From NCBI GenBank assembly GCA_903893865.1, contig CAITNU010000060.1:1-45157 (forward strand): a stretch of 45,157 nt of DNA, given 5' to 3'. Source of the stretch: an uncultured Candidatus Micrarchaeota archaeon (GTDB taxonomy: Archaea; Micrarchaeota; Micrarchaeia; Norongarragalinales; Norongarragalinaceae). Below are positions 17,529-25,913 of the stretch, one piece after another (the stretch's first letter is position 1; the number at the start of each line of letters is the position of its first letter). Both the position numbers and the translations under genes were made by a program. The notes under the pieces were generated by a model. The model saw only the letters and a program-made list of their open reading frames with translations, was not told the DNA's origin and did no database searches.

Positions 17529-18995
17529 ATGACGCTTTTTTCAAAGGTGGTTATTCTGGAGTTCAAGAAGATTCGCGACGCGGTTTACGAGATTCCGAAG
17601 AGCGGAGCGATGCGCGTTCCGGTGCGGCTTTACGCTGGCGAAGCGCTCCTCAAGAAAATGCAGGAGGACCGCACGCTCGGCCAAGCGCGCAACGTAGCGG
17701 CGCTGCCGGGAATAATCGAAGCGAGCATGGTCATGCCTGACGGTCACGAAGGATACGGTTTCCCCATCGGCGGAGTCGCAGCGTTTTCGCTTGAAGACGG
17801 AATAGTTTCGCCAGGCGGAGTCGGTTACGACATTAATTGCGGAGTGCGCTTGCTCACGAGCACGCTCAGCGCGAGCGAAGTCCAACCGCGCATCAAGGAA
17901 ATCGTTGCGGCGTTGTTCCAAAACGTGCCTAGCGGGGTTGGAAGCAAGAAAATCCGTGTTGACGAACGCACGCTCGGAGAAGCAGTTACGCGCGGCGCGG
18001 CGTGGTGCGTAGAGCAAGGGTACGGCGTTGCGGACGACGCGGAGCACTGCGAAGAAAACGGCGCCATAGCGGGAGCGGATTTCAGCAAAACGACGCCGCA
18101 GGCGCGCAAGCGCGGAATGCCTCAGTTCGGCACTCTCGGCAGCGGGAATCATTTCCTCGAAGTCCAGCGCGTAGAAAAAATATTCGACGCGGAGGCTGCG
18201 AAAGCGTTTCGTTTGCCTGAAGAAGGCGGCGTTACGGTTATGATTCACTGCGGGAGCCGCGGCTTTGGACACCAAACGTGCGATGACTATATCCGCGTGA
18301 TGCTTCGCGCTAGCGAAAAATACGGCATCGCGTTGCCCGACAAGGAATTGTGCTGCGCTCCCCTAAAAAGCCAGGAAGCAAAAGATTACTTCGGCGCCAT
18401 GAATTGCGCGGTGAATTACGCTTTCTGCAACCGCCACGTTATCGCGCACTGGGTTCGCGAATCCTTCGAGCAAGCGTTCCAAAAAAAGCACGGCGATTGG
18501 GAGAAAATGGGTTTGCGCACGGTTTACGACGTTTGCCACAACATCGCGAAAATCGAGGAACACGCCGTTTCAGGAAAAAACCAGCGCGTGTGCGTCCACA
18601 GGAAGGGCGCGACTCGCGCTTTTTGGGCTGGACGCCCCGAGATTCCGAGCGCGTACCGAAGCATCGGGCAACCCGTAATAATTCCAGGAACTATGGAAAC
18701 CGCGAGTTACGTGCTCGTCGGCTTGCCTCGCGCTGCTGAAACTTTCGCGAGCGTTTGCCACGGAGCCGGACGCGTGATGTCAAGGCACGACGCCATCCGC
18801 GCTTTCCGAGGCGTCTCAATTCAACAGGAAATGGCCAAGCGCGGCATAACGGTTCAAAGCGTCGAACCAGTGACGCTAGCGGAAGAAGCTGGAGGCGCGT
18901 ACAAGAACGTCGACGACGTCGTCGCGAGCGTGGAGCAAGCGGGGCTAGCGCGCATCGTCGCGAAACTCGTGCCTCTCGGCGTAATCAAAGGCTGA
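17529..18995 (+). CDS. rtcB: RNA-splicing ligase RtcB (3'-phosphate/5'-hydroxyl RNA ligase)
   Basis: 488 aa with characteristic RtcB motifs: MPDGHEGYGFPIGGV, GYDINCGVR, GSGNHFLEVQ, HCGSRGFGHQ, CHNIA, HRKGATRA, ASVCHGAGR. No intein-like insertion is apparent. Confidence 0.95.
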   Translation: MTLFSKVVILEFKKIRDAVYEIPKSGAMRVPVRLYAGEALLKKMQEDRTLGQARNVAALPGIIEASMVMPDGHEGYGFPIGGVAAFSLEDGIVSPGGVGYDINCGVRLLTSTLSASEVQPRIKEIVAALFQNVPSGVGSKKIRVDERTLGEAVTRGAAWCVEQGYGVADDAEHCEENGAIAGADFSKTTPQARKRGMPQFGTLGSGNHFLEVQRVEKIFDAEAAKAFRLPEEGGVTVMIHCGSRGFGHQTCDDYIRVMLRASEKYGIALPDKELCCAPLKSQEAKDYFGAMNCAVNYAFCNRHVIAHWVRESFEQAFQKKHGDWEKMGLRTVYDVCHNIAKIEEHAVSGKNQRVCVHRKGATRAFWAGRPEIPSAYRSIGQPVIIPGTMETASYVLVGLPRAAETFASVCHGAGRVMSRHDAIRAFRGVSIQQEMAKRGITVQSVEPVTLAEEAGGAYKNVDDVVASVEQAGLARIVAKLVPLGVIKG

Positions 18996-19126
18996 AAACG
19001 AGAACTGAAAAAGGAACGAAAAGAGAAGAAGACTGGAAAGCGGGTTGAAGAAAGCGCGTTAAAGCGGTTTTTAAACCCTTGCAAGCGTAACGTTTTGGCG
19101 TTTTAAAATCCAGCGGGTGGTGCGCA

Positions 19127-19492
19127 GTGTTCGGGTTAGGCAAAAAATTTTGGCCGATGCTCGGCTCAGCCTCGTTCTTCGTCGGCTTGGCAATCGCCAT
19201 TCTCGCGGGCGTCTTCATCAGCGCGCCCGACTCGGCGTTTTACTTCGCGTTAATCGTGCTCGGCGTAATCGTCGGGCTCCTAAACGTGCGCGACAAGGAA
19301 ACCGTGACGTATCTCCTCGCCTGCTTAGTATTTCTAGTCGCCGCGTCTTCGCCGTACCTCAGCTCGCAAATCCCTGAATCACTGCACGGCACGTGGGTTA
19401 CGCACATACTCAAAAACATCGTTATTTTCGTCAGCGCAGGCGCGCCCATAGTCGCTCTCAAAGCGGTTTACGACGTCGCGAAAGCTGCTTAG
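19127..19492 (+). CDS. small integral membrane protein (3-4 TM)
   Basis: GTG start with GGTGG about 6 nt upstream (alternative ATG 30 nt downstream). Hydrophobic segments throughout. No family recognised. Confidence 0.6.
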   Translation: MFGLGKKFWPMLGSASFFVGLAIAILAGVFISAPDSAFYFALIVLGVIVGLLNVRDKETVTYLLACLVFLVAASSPYLSSQIPESLHGTWVTHILKNIVIFVSAGAPIVALKAVYDVAKAA

Positions 19493-19523
19493 CTTAGCCA
19501 TTTAGCTGAAAAGGTCGAATATA

Positions 19524-19811
19524 TTGGCTGCACCGAACTGGCTTCCGCTAGCGATTACTGCGCTTTCGTTCCTAGCGCCTCTCGTCGCAACGTTTCTGCT
19601 CACGCGCGGAAGCGAAAAACGCTCTTTTCTTTTCCTCGCAGCGCTAGCGATTTGCTGCTTCGTCTTGTTCTGGTGGCTCGCGCTGCCCGGATTCTTCATC
19701 GGTCTCGGCGCCGCAGCGCTCGAACGCGAATGGAAGCGCGAAAAACGCAACCGCGAGATCGAGGCGGGCGCGAGAGAGAGGCGCGAGGCTAGGCACAAGA
19801 AAAAACGCTGA
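19524..19811 (+). CDS. small membrane protein with strongly basic C-terminal tail
   Basis: TTG start. Two to three hydrophobic helices, then EREWKREKRNREIEAGARERREARHKKKR. Start-codon support is weak. Confidence 0.45.
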   Translation: MAAPNWLPLAITALSFLAPLVATFLLTRGSEKRSFLFLAALAICCFVLFWWLALPGFFIGLGAAALEREWKREKRNREIEAGARERREARHKKKR

Positions 19812-19868
19812 AACGCTAAGAAGACGCTATAAGAAAAAAGTTAATATTCCCCTGCTTGATAGGTCTGG

Positions 19869-20330
19869 TTGGTGGGATGCTTGTCGAGCTTCGCTTGCTT
19901 TAGCTTAATTGTTTTGTTTTCGTTTTGCCTTTTTTTCGCTGGATGCGTTCAAAACGAGACGCCGTCCGCAGCCGCGAGTAATCCGAGCGTTTCGCTTCAA
20001 CCGACAGCGACGACAATTGCTGCCGCAAGCAACGGCGCGGCGAACGAGAAAAACGCGGCGATTGCGGAGTGCGTCGCTTTGTGCGAGGACGCGCTTGCAG
20101 ACGAGTGCGGAACCGCGCGCCTCGCCGAATGCGGTCCGTGGAACGAGGGACCGTGCGTAAGCGATTCAATGCCCGGCAGGATGCCGAGCAACTGGGTTTG
20201 CGACGTGGCGCACTCGCCGCGCGAACCAGTCGACGACGAACCGGGCAACCAGTGCGGTGAATACAATCGCGGTGAAGCCAAGCATTTCGTGGAAGTCGAT
20301 CCAGCTTGCAAGTTCATTCGAGCCGTTTAA
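19869..20330 (+). CDS. secreted lipobox-type Cys-rich protein, function unknown
   Basis: N-terminus ...FSLIVLFSFCLFFAGCVQNETP (lipobox-like FAGC). Eight further Cys in the mature part. The start is ambiguous (TTG 19869, GTG 19872 or TTG 19881) downstream of AGTTAATATT. Confidence 0.6.
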   Translation: MVGCLSSFACFSLIVLFSFCLFFAGCVQNETPSAAASNPSVSLQPTATTIAAASNGAANEKNAAIAECVALCEDALADECGTARLAECGPWNEGPCVSDSMPGRMPSNWVCDVAHSPREPVDDEPGNQCGEYNRGEAKHFVEVDPACKFIRAV

Positions 20331-20404
20331 TGCGTTTTGCGTCATGCGTTTGCGTTATTTGATTCGCTTTTGAAGATTTGTTTGGAAAAAAAGAGGTGTG
20401 GTTG

Positions 20405-20860
20405 ATGGTTGAATTGTGCGCTGCGCTGGACGAAGGAATAAAGCTCGAGCACGACTCAAAGCTTTTTTACGCGAGGAATGCGAAAGCCGCGAAAAACGCT
20501 GACGTGCGCGCGTTGTTCGAAACGCTTGCAAAGGAAGAGAAAACGCACGAGGAAAGCTTGAAAACACTTGGGAAAGGCAAGTCATGCCCGCTTTCACTTG
20601 GAAAACAGAAGCACAAGCTGTCGGCGCCGAAAATCGGGGATTCTTTTTCGAGCGAAGAGTTGGAAGAGTATTCGACTATTCTGCTCGTGGCAATGGGTTT
20701 TGAGCAGAAAGCGAAGGGTTTTTACGATGCGCTCGCGTTGGCGACGCAAAACTCTGATGAAGCGAAAACGTTCCGCGAACTGGCTGGCTTCGAGCAAAAG
20801 CACTACGATCTGCTGAATTCGCTTTACGAGGAAATCAATTACTACAGACTGGAAACCTGA
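20405..20860 (+). CDS. rubrerythrin/ferritin-like four-helix-bundle protein
   Basis: The ORF track starts at TTG 20378. ATG at 20405 has GAGGTG 6 nt upstream. Two E-x-x-H motifs (EEKTH and EQKH), each preceded about 30 aa earlier by a Glu-containing helix (LEHDS, GFEQKA), as in diiron rubrerythrin-like domains. Confidence 0.7.
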   Translation: MVELCAALDEGIKLEHDSKLFYARNAKAAKNADVRALFETLAKEEKTHEESLKTLGKGKSCPLSLGKQKHKLSAPKIGDSFSSEELEEYSTILLVAMGFEQKAKGFYDALALATQNSDEAKTFRELAGFEQKHYDLLNSLYEEINYYRLET

Positions 20861-20901
20861 AGCACAGCAAAGCGCTGCGAAGCGCCGTCACGCATGCGCC
20901 A

Positions 20902-21267
20902 TCAGCATTTTTTTCCAGCGAATTTTTTCTTGGCGTCGTCGGGCCACCACTCGGGCGCGACTTGCTCTATTTCGACTGAGCGCACGCCTTTGACGCTTTC
21001 CGCAGCGGCGCGCACGCTAGCGAAAATTTGCGCGGCAAACGGGCAAGACGGGCTCGTCAACATCATCTTGATTCGCACTCTGCCGCTCGCGTCGTCGGCG
21101 TTGACTTCGCGGATGAGCCCCATTTCGGTGACGCTCACGCCCATTTCGGGGTCGAGAACGCCCGCCAACGCCTTCCGCACTTTTTCTTGCAAGCTCAAAG
21201 TCGTCACTCTGCTTAAGTTTTTGTTTTCGTTTTTTTGGAGGCTCTCAGGCTGGGACAGTTTCCACAT
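20902..21267 (-). CDS. DUF59 / MIP18 (SufT-like) Fe-S cluster assembly-associated protein
   Basis: Core motif VLDPEMGVSVTEMGLIREV and downstream MMLTSPSCPFA match the D-P-E-x-x-x-[SN]-[IV]-V-[DE]-[LM]-G-L-[IV] ... T-x-x-x-C-P signature of DUF59. The start (ATG 21267 vs GTG 21207) is uncertain. Confidence 0.75.
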   Translation of the reverse strand: MWKLSQPESLQKNENKNLSRVTTLSLQEKVRKALAGVLDPEMGVSVTEMGLIREVNADDASGRVRIKMMLTSPSCPFAAQIFASVRAAAESVKGVRSVEIEQVAPEWWPDDAKKKFAGKKC

Positions 21268-21428
21268 TTTTTAGTGTTCGGAAGCTACCTCGGACATCAC
21301 CGAGCTTTCCCCTCAAACGTCCCTTTCAATCGTAGCTGTCAAAGGGAAAAACGACGTGAAGAGTTTTGCAGCGCTGGATTTAAATCGCTTTTGAAAGACG
21401 AAGCACGCTACTGCTTCGCGCACTAAGG

Positions 21429-22217
21429 TCATCTCGCGAACGGGTTGAAGCGATGAAGAAACGTCAGAAGCCTGCCGACAAAGCTGCGTGAGTGCTGCGC
21501 GTGGCGAAGCGGCGAGCGCGTTATTTCCTCGGCGAGTTCCACGAATTTCAGCGCTACTTCGCTGTCCGGAAAACGCACGGTCAACGGCTGCTGCAGGCTA
21601 ATGCTCAACGGCACGACTTCGTCCTCGGGAATGCTCGACAGCACGCGGTAGTTCGTGAGCGCTTCGACTTCTTTCTCCGGCAATTCGTAAGCCTTGTGGT
21701 GAACGCGGTTGAGCACGAGTCCGAGGATTTTCACGTTGTTTTTTTCGGCGAAAGCAATGACTTTGTTCGCGCTCGTGATGCTCGGCAAGTCGGGCGTTGT
21801 AACGACGAGAACTTCGTCGCAGTTGGTTATTACTTCCTGAACGTACTCCAAAACGCTTGGCGGCGAATCAATCATTACGAACTCGTACGCTTCAAGATCG
21901 CGCAGCAAACCCTTGAAGTTTTGAATGGGAACGCGGTAACTCGGTTTCAGCGACGCGGGCAGGATTTTAAGCGAGCTTTGCGGGTGGTCTATTACCGCGT
22001 CGTCCAACGCGATTTTGTTTCCCAAGACGTCTTGAAAGCCGACGTGCATCGACGCGAAGCCGACGTGCAGCCCAACGCTGGGATTCTGCACGTCCGAATC
22101 AATGAGAATCGTCTTTATTCCTTCTCGCGCGAGAAGTATGCCGAGGTTTACGGCTGTGACGGTTTTGCCTACGCCGCCTTTTCCCGATACTACGCCGATG
22201 ACTCGGTTGCGCTTCAT
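21429..22217 (-). CDS. minD: MinD/ParA-family P-loop ATPase (archaeal MinD type)
   Basis: Deviant Walker A GVVSGKGGVGKT, Walker B-like FVMIDSPP. 262 aa. No CxxC, so not Mrp/NBP35-type. The C-terminal FVGRLLTFLHRFNPFAR is potentially an amphipathic helix. Confidence 0.88.
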   Translation of the reverse strand: MKRNRVIGVVSGKGGVGKTVTAVNLGILLAREGIKTILIDSDVQNPSVGLHVGFASMHVGFQDVLGNKIALDDAVIDHPQSSLKILPASLKPSYRVPIQNFKGLLRDLEAYEFVMIDSPPSVLEYVQEVITNCDEVLVVTTPDLPSITSANKVIAFAEKNNVKILGLVLNRVHHKAYELPEKEVEALTNYRVLSSIPEDEVVPLSISLQQPLTVRFPDSEVALKFVELAEEITRSPLRHAQHSRSFVGRLLTFLHRFNPFAR

Positions 22218-22390
22218 GATTTCACGCTTGCGTTAAAGTGGGTTGCAGCGATTTAGGCGCGCGGGTATTATAAACGTTTTTTTTGCTCGCAACAGAGAAA
22301 AGCGCTTAAAATTTTAGGCATTTCTTTTTAAACAGAATAAAAAGCGGTTTGGGTTGCGGAAACGCGGTTTTTCGGTTTCTCGGTTTTTCT

Positions 22391-24208
22391 TCACGGTTTT
22401 TCGGTTTTCTCGTCGCCGAAAACTATGCGGCGCAGCGAGTTCGCATAAAGCACCCGGTCCTTGTTGTAAAACCTCGTTTCGCTCCTCGCCGAACGCCGCC
22501 AGTAAACCACAGCGATGAGCGCGATAAGCGCGAGTAGCGCGACGATGAGCCCGAGCGTAACGCCGTTCAAAGTGAACGTTATCGGAATAATCATCAACGA
22601 CATGGTTGTAGAAACCTCCTCACTCATCGCCGAAACAACCGCGCGCGCCGAGTAACCGCCCGCCGCTGCGTCCGCGTTCGCGGTTACTTCGAAATCGAAT
22701 TGCTGCGTCGTGTGCGGCGCTAGCACCACGTTGCTTATCGTGCGCGGGTCTGCAGTGAATTCAGGCGACAAAGCGAGGGAAGCAGTAACCTGCATCGGCG
22801 CTAGCCCGCCGTAGAAAACAGAGAAAGACGCCGAGCCTTTGCTTCCGGGCGAAAGCGTGGGCAAACGGAAGTCGGTAATCGTCACGAGGTCAGCCAACTG
22901 CATTTTGCGGGAAGTCGTCACCTGCTTCGTCGTCCACGCTCCGTAAACCGAGTAATCGTCGCTGAGAGTCTTGAGTTGGTACGTTACAGAGCGTTTGCCT
23001 TCTGGTTCGAGCTGGAGGAAACGCCAAGCGAGAGTCAACGGTTCGTCAGACAAGTAGCTCCCTATGGAGTCTTGAAACAAGACGTCGTTTTCGGTTGCCG
23101 CGAGAGGCGAAGGAACCGCGTCGACGACGTCGACTACGTCGAGAGTCCGCGTAATCGACGGGTTGCGCACGCTCAAAACAATGTTAGTTGTCTTCGCTGC
23201 AGTGTCGAGGCTAATGCGTCGAAGCACTATCGGGTTCTCGTAATTTGCTGGGTACGCTTTAACTCGCAGGAAAAAGTATTCAGTAGTGATGTCCGCGCCG
23301 GTCAAGTCGTCTACTACGCTCACGCGCACGACGTAATCACCAGGCGTCGCGTCCGCGGAAATCCACAGCGCGAAGTCGATTGAACTCGCGGCGGACGGCT
23401 GCAAAAAAATTTTTTTAGGCGTCACCTGCGGCGTGCCCTTCGGCAACCCGGCGAAGCGCAACGTCGCCGCGACCGGCTCGCTCCCGTCGTTCTGGAAGTG
23501 CAGAGTCAGCAGTGCGGCTTCGCCAGCCAAAACTTCCTGGAGCACGGTTTTTTTGGAGAAGGAAACAACGCCGATAATCGGCCGCACGTGAGGCGGAATC
23601 GTAGTCGGCCCACCCGGTTTTACGGGCGCGGGGCTCGCCAGCGGCGTGGGCGACGCGGCGCCGCCGCCTCCGCCTCCTTGCGGCGTCGGAGTGGGCGTCG
23701 GAGTCGGGGTAGGCGTCGGCGTATAGTTTCCCACGATAGAAAACGAGGCGGTGAACGCGTTCGTGTGATTCGCTCCGCCGCCGTAAACGCCGGTAGCGTT
23801 CACTAAATAGTTTCCTTCGGGAAAGCCAGCGCTGTTCCACGTCGTCGTCAGCGTTACTATCGAGCCTGGCGTGACGTTCGCGGTAGTGTAATTAAATACG
23901 TAGACTTCATCGCCGGTGGCGTTCGTTATGGATGCGTTCAGATCGAGCGCGTCCTCTAAATTTCCCCTATTTTCGACTGTCACGGAAAAATCCGCAGTAG
24001 TTCCCGCGTGAATGGCGTTAGGCGTGATAGTGAACGCGGTCAGCGTGAGGTTCGACAATCCTTCGACGCTAATGGTTGCCGCGGAAGGCGCGTCTCCTGC
24101 CGCGGAGCCAGATAAAACTAAGACGAAAGCTATTGGCAGCATTATCAGCAAAGCTGGATTCGAACGATAACTCAAGCGCAAGCGTGGAAGCAACGCGATG
24201 GGAGTCAT
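22391..24208 (-). CDS. surface protein with CARDB/NEW3-like beta-sandwich domains, TP-repeat linker and C-terminal TM anchor
   Basis: The ORF is open to GTG 24220. ATG 24208 lies about 26 nt downstream of TTTAAATA. Signal/TM LLIMLPIAFVLVLSGSAAG. FSVTVENRGNLEDALDLNASI is CARDB-like. Linker is (TP)7 followed by QGGGGGG. C-terminal helix is GVTLGLIVALLALIALIAVVYWRR plus a ~45-aa cytoplasmic tail. Confidence 0.85.
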   Translation of the reverse strand: MTPIALLPRLRLSYRSNPALLIMLPIAFVLVLSGSAAGDAPSAATISVEGLSNLTLTAFTITPNAIHAGTTADFSVTVENRGNLEDALDLNASITNATGDEVYVFNYTTANVTPGSIVTLTTTWNSAGFPEGNYLVNATGVYGGGANHTNAFTASFSIVGNYTPTPTPTPTPTPTPQGGGGGGAASPTPLASPAPVKPGGPTTIPPHVRPIIGVVSFSKKTVLQEVLAGEAALLTLHFQNDGSEPVAATLRFAGLPKGTPQVTPKKIFLQPSAASSIDFALWISADATPGDYVVRVSVVDDLTGADITTEYFFLRVKAYPANYENPIVLRRISLDTAAKTTNIVLSVRNPSITRTLDVVDVVDAVPSPLAATENDVLFQDSIGSYLSDEPLTLAWRFLQLEPEGKRSVTYQLKTLSDDYSVYGAWTTKQVTTSRKMQLADLVTITDFRLPTLSPGSKGSASFSVFYGGLAPMQVTASLALSPEFTADPRTISNVVLAPHTTQQFDFEVTANADAAAGGYSARAVVSAMSEEVSTTMSLMIIPITFTLNGVTLGLIVALLALIALIAVVYWRRSARSETRFYNKDRVLYANSLRRIVFGDEKTEKP

Positions 24209-24230
24209 GTCATAAAACACGTGCGCCAGG

Positions 24231-24238
24231 TATTTAAA
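24231..24238 (-). promoter_or_regulatory. TATA box (TTTAAATA on the minus strand) for the 22391..24208 gene
   Basis: Centred about 26 nt upstream of ATG 24208 and immediately after the oligo-T terminator of the upstream gene. Confidence 0.45.
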
Positions 24239-24244
24239 ACTCTT

Positions 24245-24290
24245 TAAAAAAACGAAAACAAAGCGAGAAAAAAGCGAAAGAAAAAAGCGG
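24245..24290 (-). terminator. multi-oligo-T archaeal terminator after the 24341..25066 gene
   Basis: The minus strand reads CCGCTTTTTTCTTTCGCTTTTTTCTCGCTTTGTTTTCGTTTTTTT, starting about 50 nt after the stop codon. Confidence 0.5.
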
Positions 24291-24340
24291 ACGAACGCTA
24301 AGGAAAAATGAAGAATCGCGCTCGTCAGGCGCCGTGCGCG

Positions 24341-25066
24341 TCACTTCTTGCGTTTCTTGGCGAAGACGAAAAAGTAAGCGAGCAAAACAATGACGAGCGC
24401 CACGAGCGCTATCGTCGAAAGCACCCAAGCGTCGAGCGGAGGCAACTGAAATCCGTTGTTTTCAACCGGTTTCTCGGAATACTCCTTCGTGACTACGCGC
24501 ACTTCGTAAATGAACTCGCGCACTTGCTTTACGGAAATAGGTCCCGTCGAACCCACGTCGAACCAGCCTGCAACGGCAGAAACGCGGAGCTTGTACGTGC
24601 TCCACAACGGCGCGTCTGCGGGCGCAGTCAAGCGAATCGTGACGACTTGCGCTGGAACGAATCCTTCAACGCCGCCCATGGTCACGTACTCCACGCCTTC
24701 AGGAACGCTTTCAGGTTTTTGTTTCGGGAGCGTGCTTCGCGGCGTGACTTTCGCCACCAAGTTTTCCTGCGTTTCGACGACGATGCCGGAAATGTTGTAA
24801 GAAGCGTTGTGCACGGCAGGAATTAGTTCCGCTGTAAAGCCGTTCGGAATTTCGGATAAGGCGAGCGAAACGTGCGTGTCGCGGTTGCCGTTCACGTTGA
24901 AGAAGTAAAGCTTTGCTTCAGCGGTTTTTCCCGGCTCTACTGCGATGAACTTTTCTGCCTGCATCGTCCCGAAATTGTATTCGCCGCCTTCAGCGCGCAA
25001 CAACGGCGAAAAAAGGCTCGCAAAAGCTAGCAGCGCGATGACGCTAAAAGTAATCCTGTCAGTCAT
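24341..25066 (-). CDS. surface protein with signal peptide and C-terminal TM anchor plus KKRKK tail, function unknown
   Basis: The ORF track extends to 25174, but that extension overlaps the upstream stop and runs through a T-tract terminator. ATG 25066 gives MTDRITFSVIALLAFASLFSPLLRAEG, a classic signal peptide. The C-terminus is WVLSTIALVALVIVLLAYFFVFAKKRKK. Confidence 0.75.
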   Translation of the reverse strand: MTDRITFSVIALLAFASLFSPLLRAEGGEYNFGTMQAEKFIAVEPGKTAEAKLYFFNVNGNRDTHVSLALSEIPNGFTAELIPAVHNASYNISGIVVETQENLVAKVTPRSTLPKQKPESVPEGVEYVTMGGVEGFVPAQVVTIRLTAPADAPLWSTYKLRVSAVAGWFDVGSTGPISVKQVREFIYEVRVVTKEYSEKPVENNGFQLPPLDAWVLSTIALVALVIVLLAYFFVFAKKRKK

Positions 25067-25112
25067 GCTTTTCCCCGCTGGTCCCCACCGTTCATTAAAA
25101 AACCGAGAAAGC

Positions 25113-25140
25113 CAAAAAAAAATCAAAAAAAACAAATAAA
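25113..25140 (-). terminator. oligo-T terminator after the 25161..25715 gene
   Basis: The minus strand reads TTTATTTGTTTTTTTTGATTTTTTTTTGG, beginning about 20 nt after the stop codon. Confidence 0.5.
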
Positions 25141-25160
25141 TGAAATTGGTTAGGCCGCGC

Positions 25161-25715
25161 TTAGCCGACGTCAAGGAACTTGATGTAAATCGAGCCCGTG
25201 TAAGTGCCTTTAGGCAAATCAGCGGGAATCGTCACGTTGAAATACATGTTCCTGTCTTCCGCGCTTCCGACCGGCGCGGCAATGCTCACCCAGTCAGTGT
25301 AGTTTGAGCTGGAGCAGGCGCCCGATGTGAACGCCGCTAGGAAAGAGGTGAGGCACGAGCCGGAGGTTCCTGAGTTGTTCGTGTAAGTGATGTTTTGCTG
25401 ACCGAATATTACTGAACCGTTCGCAAAATTCGTGCTGTTCACTGAAATCGTGACAACGGTGTTCGTTGCGGTATTAATGGTCATTTCACATTGCTGCGTG
25501 TCCGAACGCGTTCCATTGTTTGTTCCAGGCGAGAAGCCAGTTCCAAGATTTATAGAAGAACAGTTGATTGTAGTGTCGACTACTCCGGTTACGGTCAGCG
25601 ACGCGCTGCTAGCGTTGTCCGCGGCTGCTAATGAAACCAAGCTGTTTTGATTAAAACTGAAAGCTAAAGCGAACACTACGGCAGCCAAAACCAAAAACCA
25701 CTTTGAGTTAATCAT
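25161..25715 (-). CDS. small N-terminally anchored or secreted protein, stand-alone paralogue of the giant protein's C-terminal domain
   Basis: The ORF track starts at TTG 25742. ATG 25715 has GGAGG about 10 nt upstream and gives MINSKWFLVLAAVVFALAFSF.... The mature part aligns with residues ~3458-3601 of the 3601-aa protein (TINCS.[IL]NLGTGF[ST]PGT.NGTRSDTQQC, NNSG..GSCLT, SGAC, K.TYTG.IY.K; four conserved Cys). Confidence 0.8.
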   Translation of the reverse strand: MINSKWFLVLAAVVFALAFSFNQNSLVSLAAADNASSASLTVTGVVDTTINCSSINLGTGFSPGTNNGTRSDTQQCEMTINTATNTVVTISVNSTNFANGSVIFGQQNITYTNNSGTSGSCLTSFLAAFTSGACSSSNYTDWVSIAAPVGSAEDRNMYFNVTIPADLPKGTYTGSIYIKFLDVG

Positions 25716-25830
25716 CCCTGATCCGCCTCCTCTAAAACTCAAAACCGGAATTCACCGCCAAAACACTCACCGCGGCTATTCAAGCCAAGCGGTTTATCGT
25801 GTTATTATGCGTTATTATTTAAGGCTTTTT

Positions 25831-25840
25831 TATTTATAAA
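25831..25840 (-). promoter_or_regulatory. strong TATA box (TTTATAAATA on the minus strand) upstream of the small paralogue gene
   Basis: Located about 115 nt upstream of ATG 25715, in the 198-nt spacer after the giant gene. This implies an independent promoter with a ~90-nt leader carrying the GGAGG site. Confidence 0.4.
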
Positions 25841-25913
25841 CTGGTTTTTTTCGGTTGCTTCCGAATTTTCCGATTTTAGTCGCCTGCCAACGCGCGGCTT
25901 ACCGCGTTTTTTT

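Noticed and set aside
17541-18275. 244-aa minus-strand ORF antisense to rtcB. Similar cases: 21492..22256 antisense to minD, 38500..39303 and 39873..40784 antisense to the ftsZ genes, 4475..5002 antisense to the PTS linker, and 6006..6431 antisense to the ABC ATPase
   Set aside because: Each lies entirely within a gene that has unmistakable conserved motifs on the other strand. Their translations are Arg-rich, as is typical of antisense frames in GC-moderate coding DNA.
20902-22217. Interpreting the MinD-type ATPase plus DUF59 pair as an Mrp/NBP35 Fe-S scaffold system
   Set aside because: The ATPase lacks the CxxC cluster-binding motif that defines Mrp/NBP35/ApbC proteins. It resembles MinD in length and in its C-terminal helix. 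The association is kept only as a low-interest question.
25893-25913. Plus-strand hairpin CGCGG-CTTA-CCGCG followed by T7, resembling a bacterial intrinsic terminator
   Set aside because: It lies on the strand opposite to every nearby gene and abuts the stop codon of the minus-strand giant gene. On the transcribed (minus) strand it reads A7 + hairpin, which is not a terminator. At most it could stop antisense read-through, for which there is no evidence.
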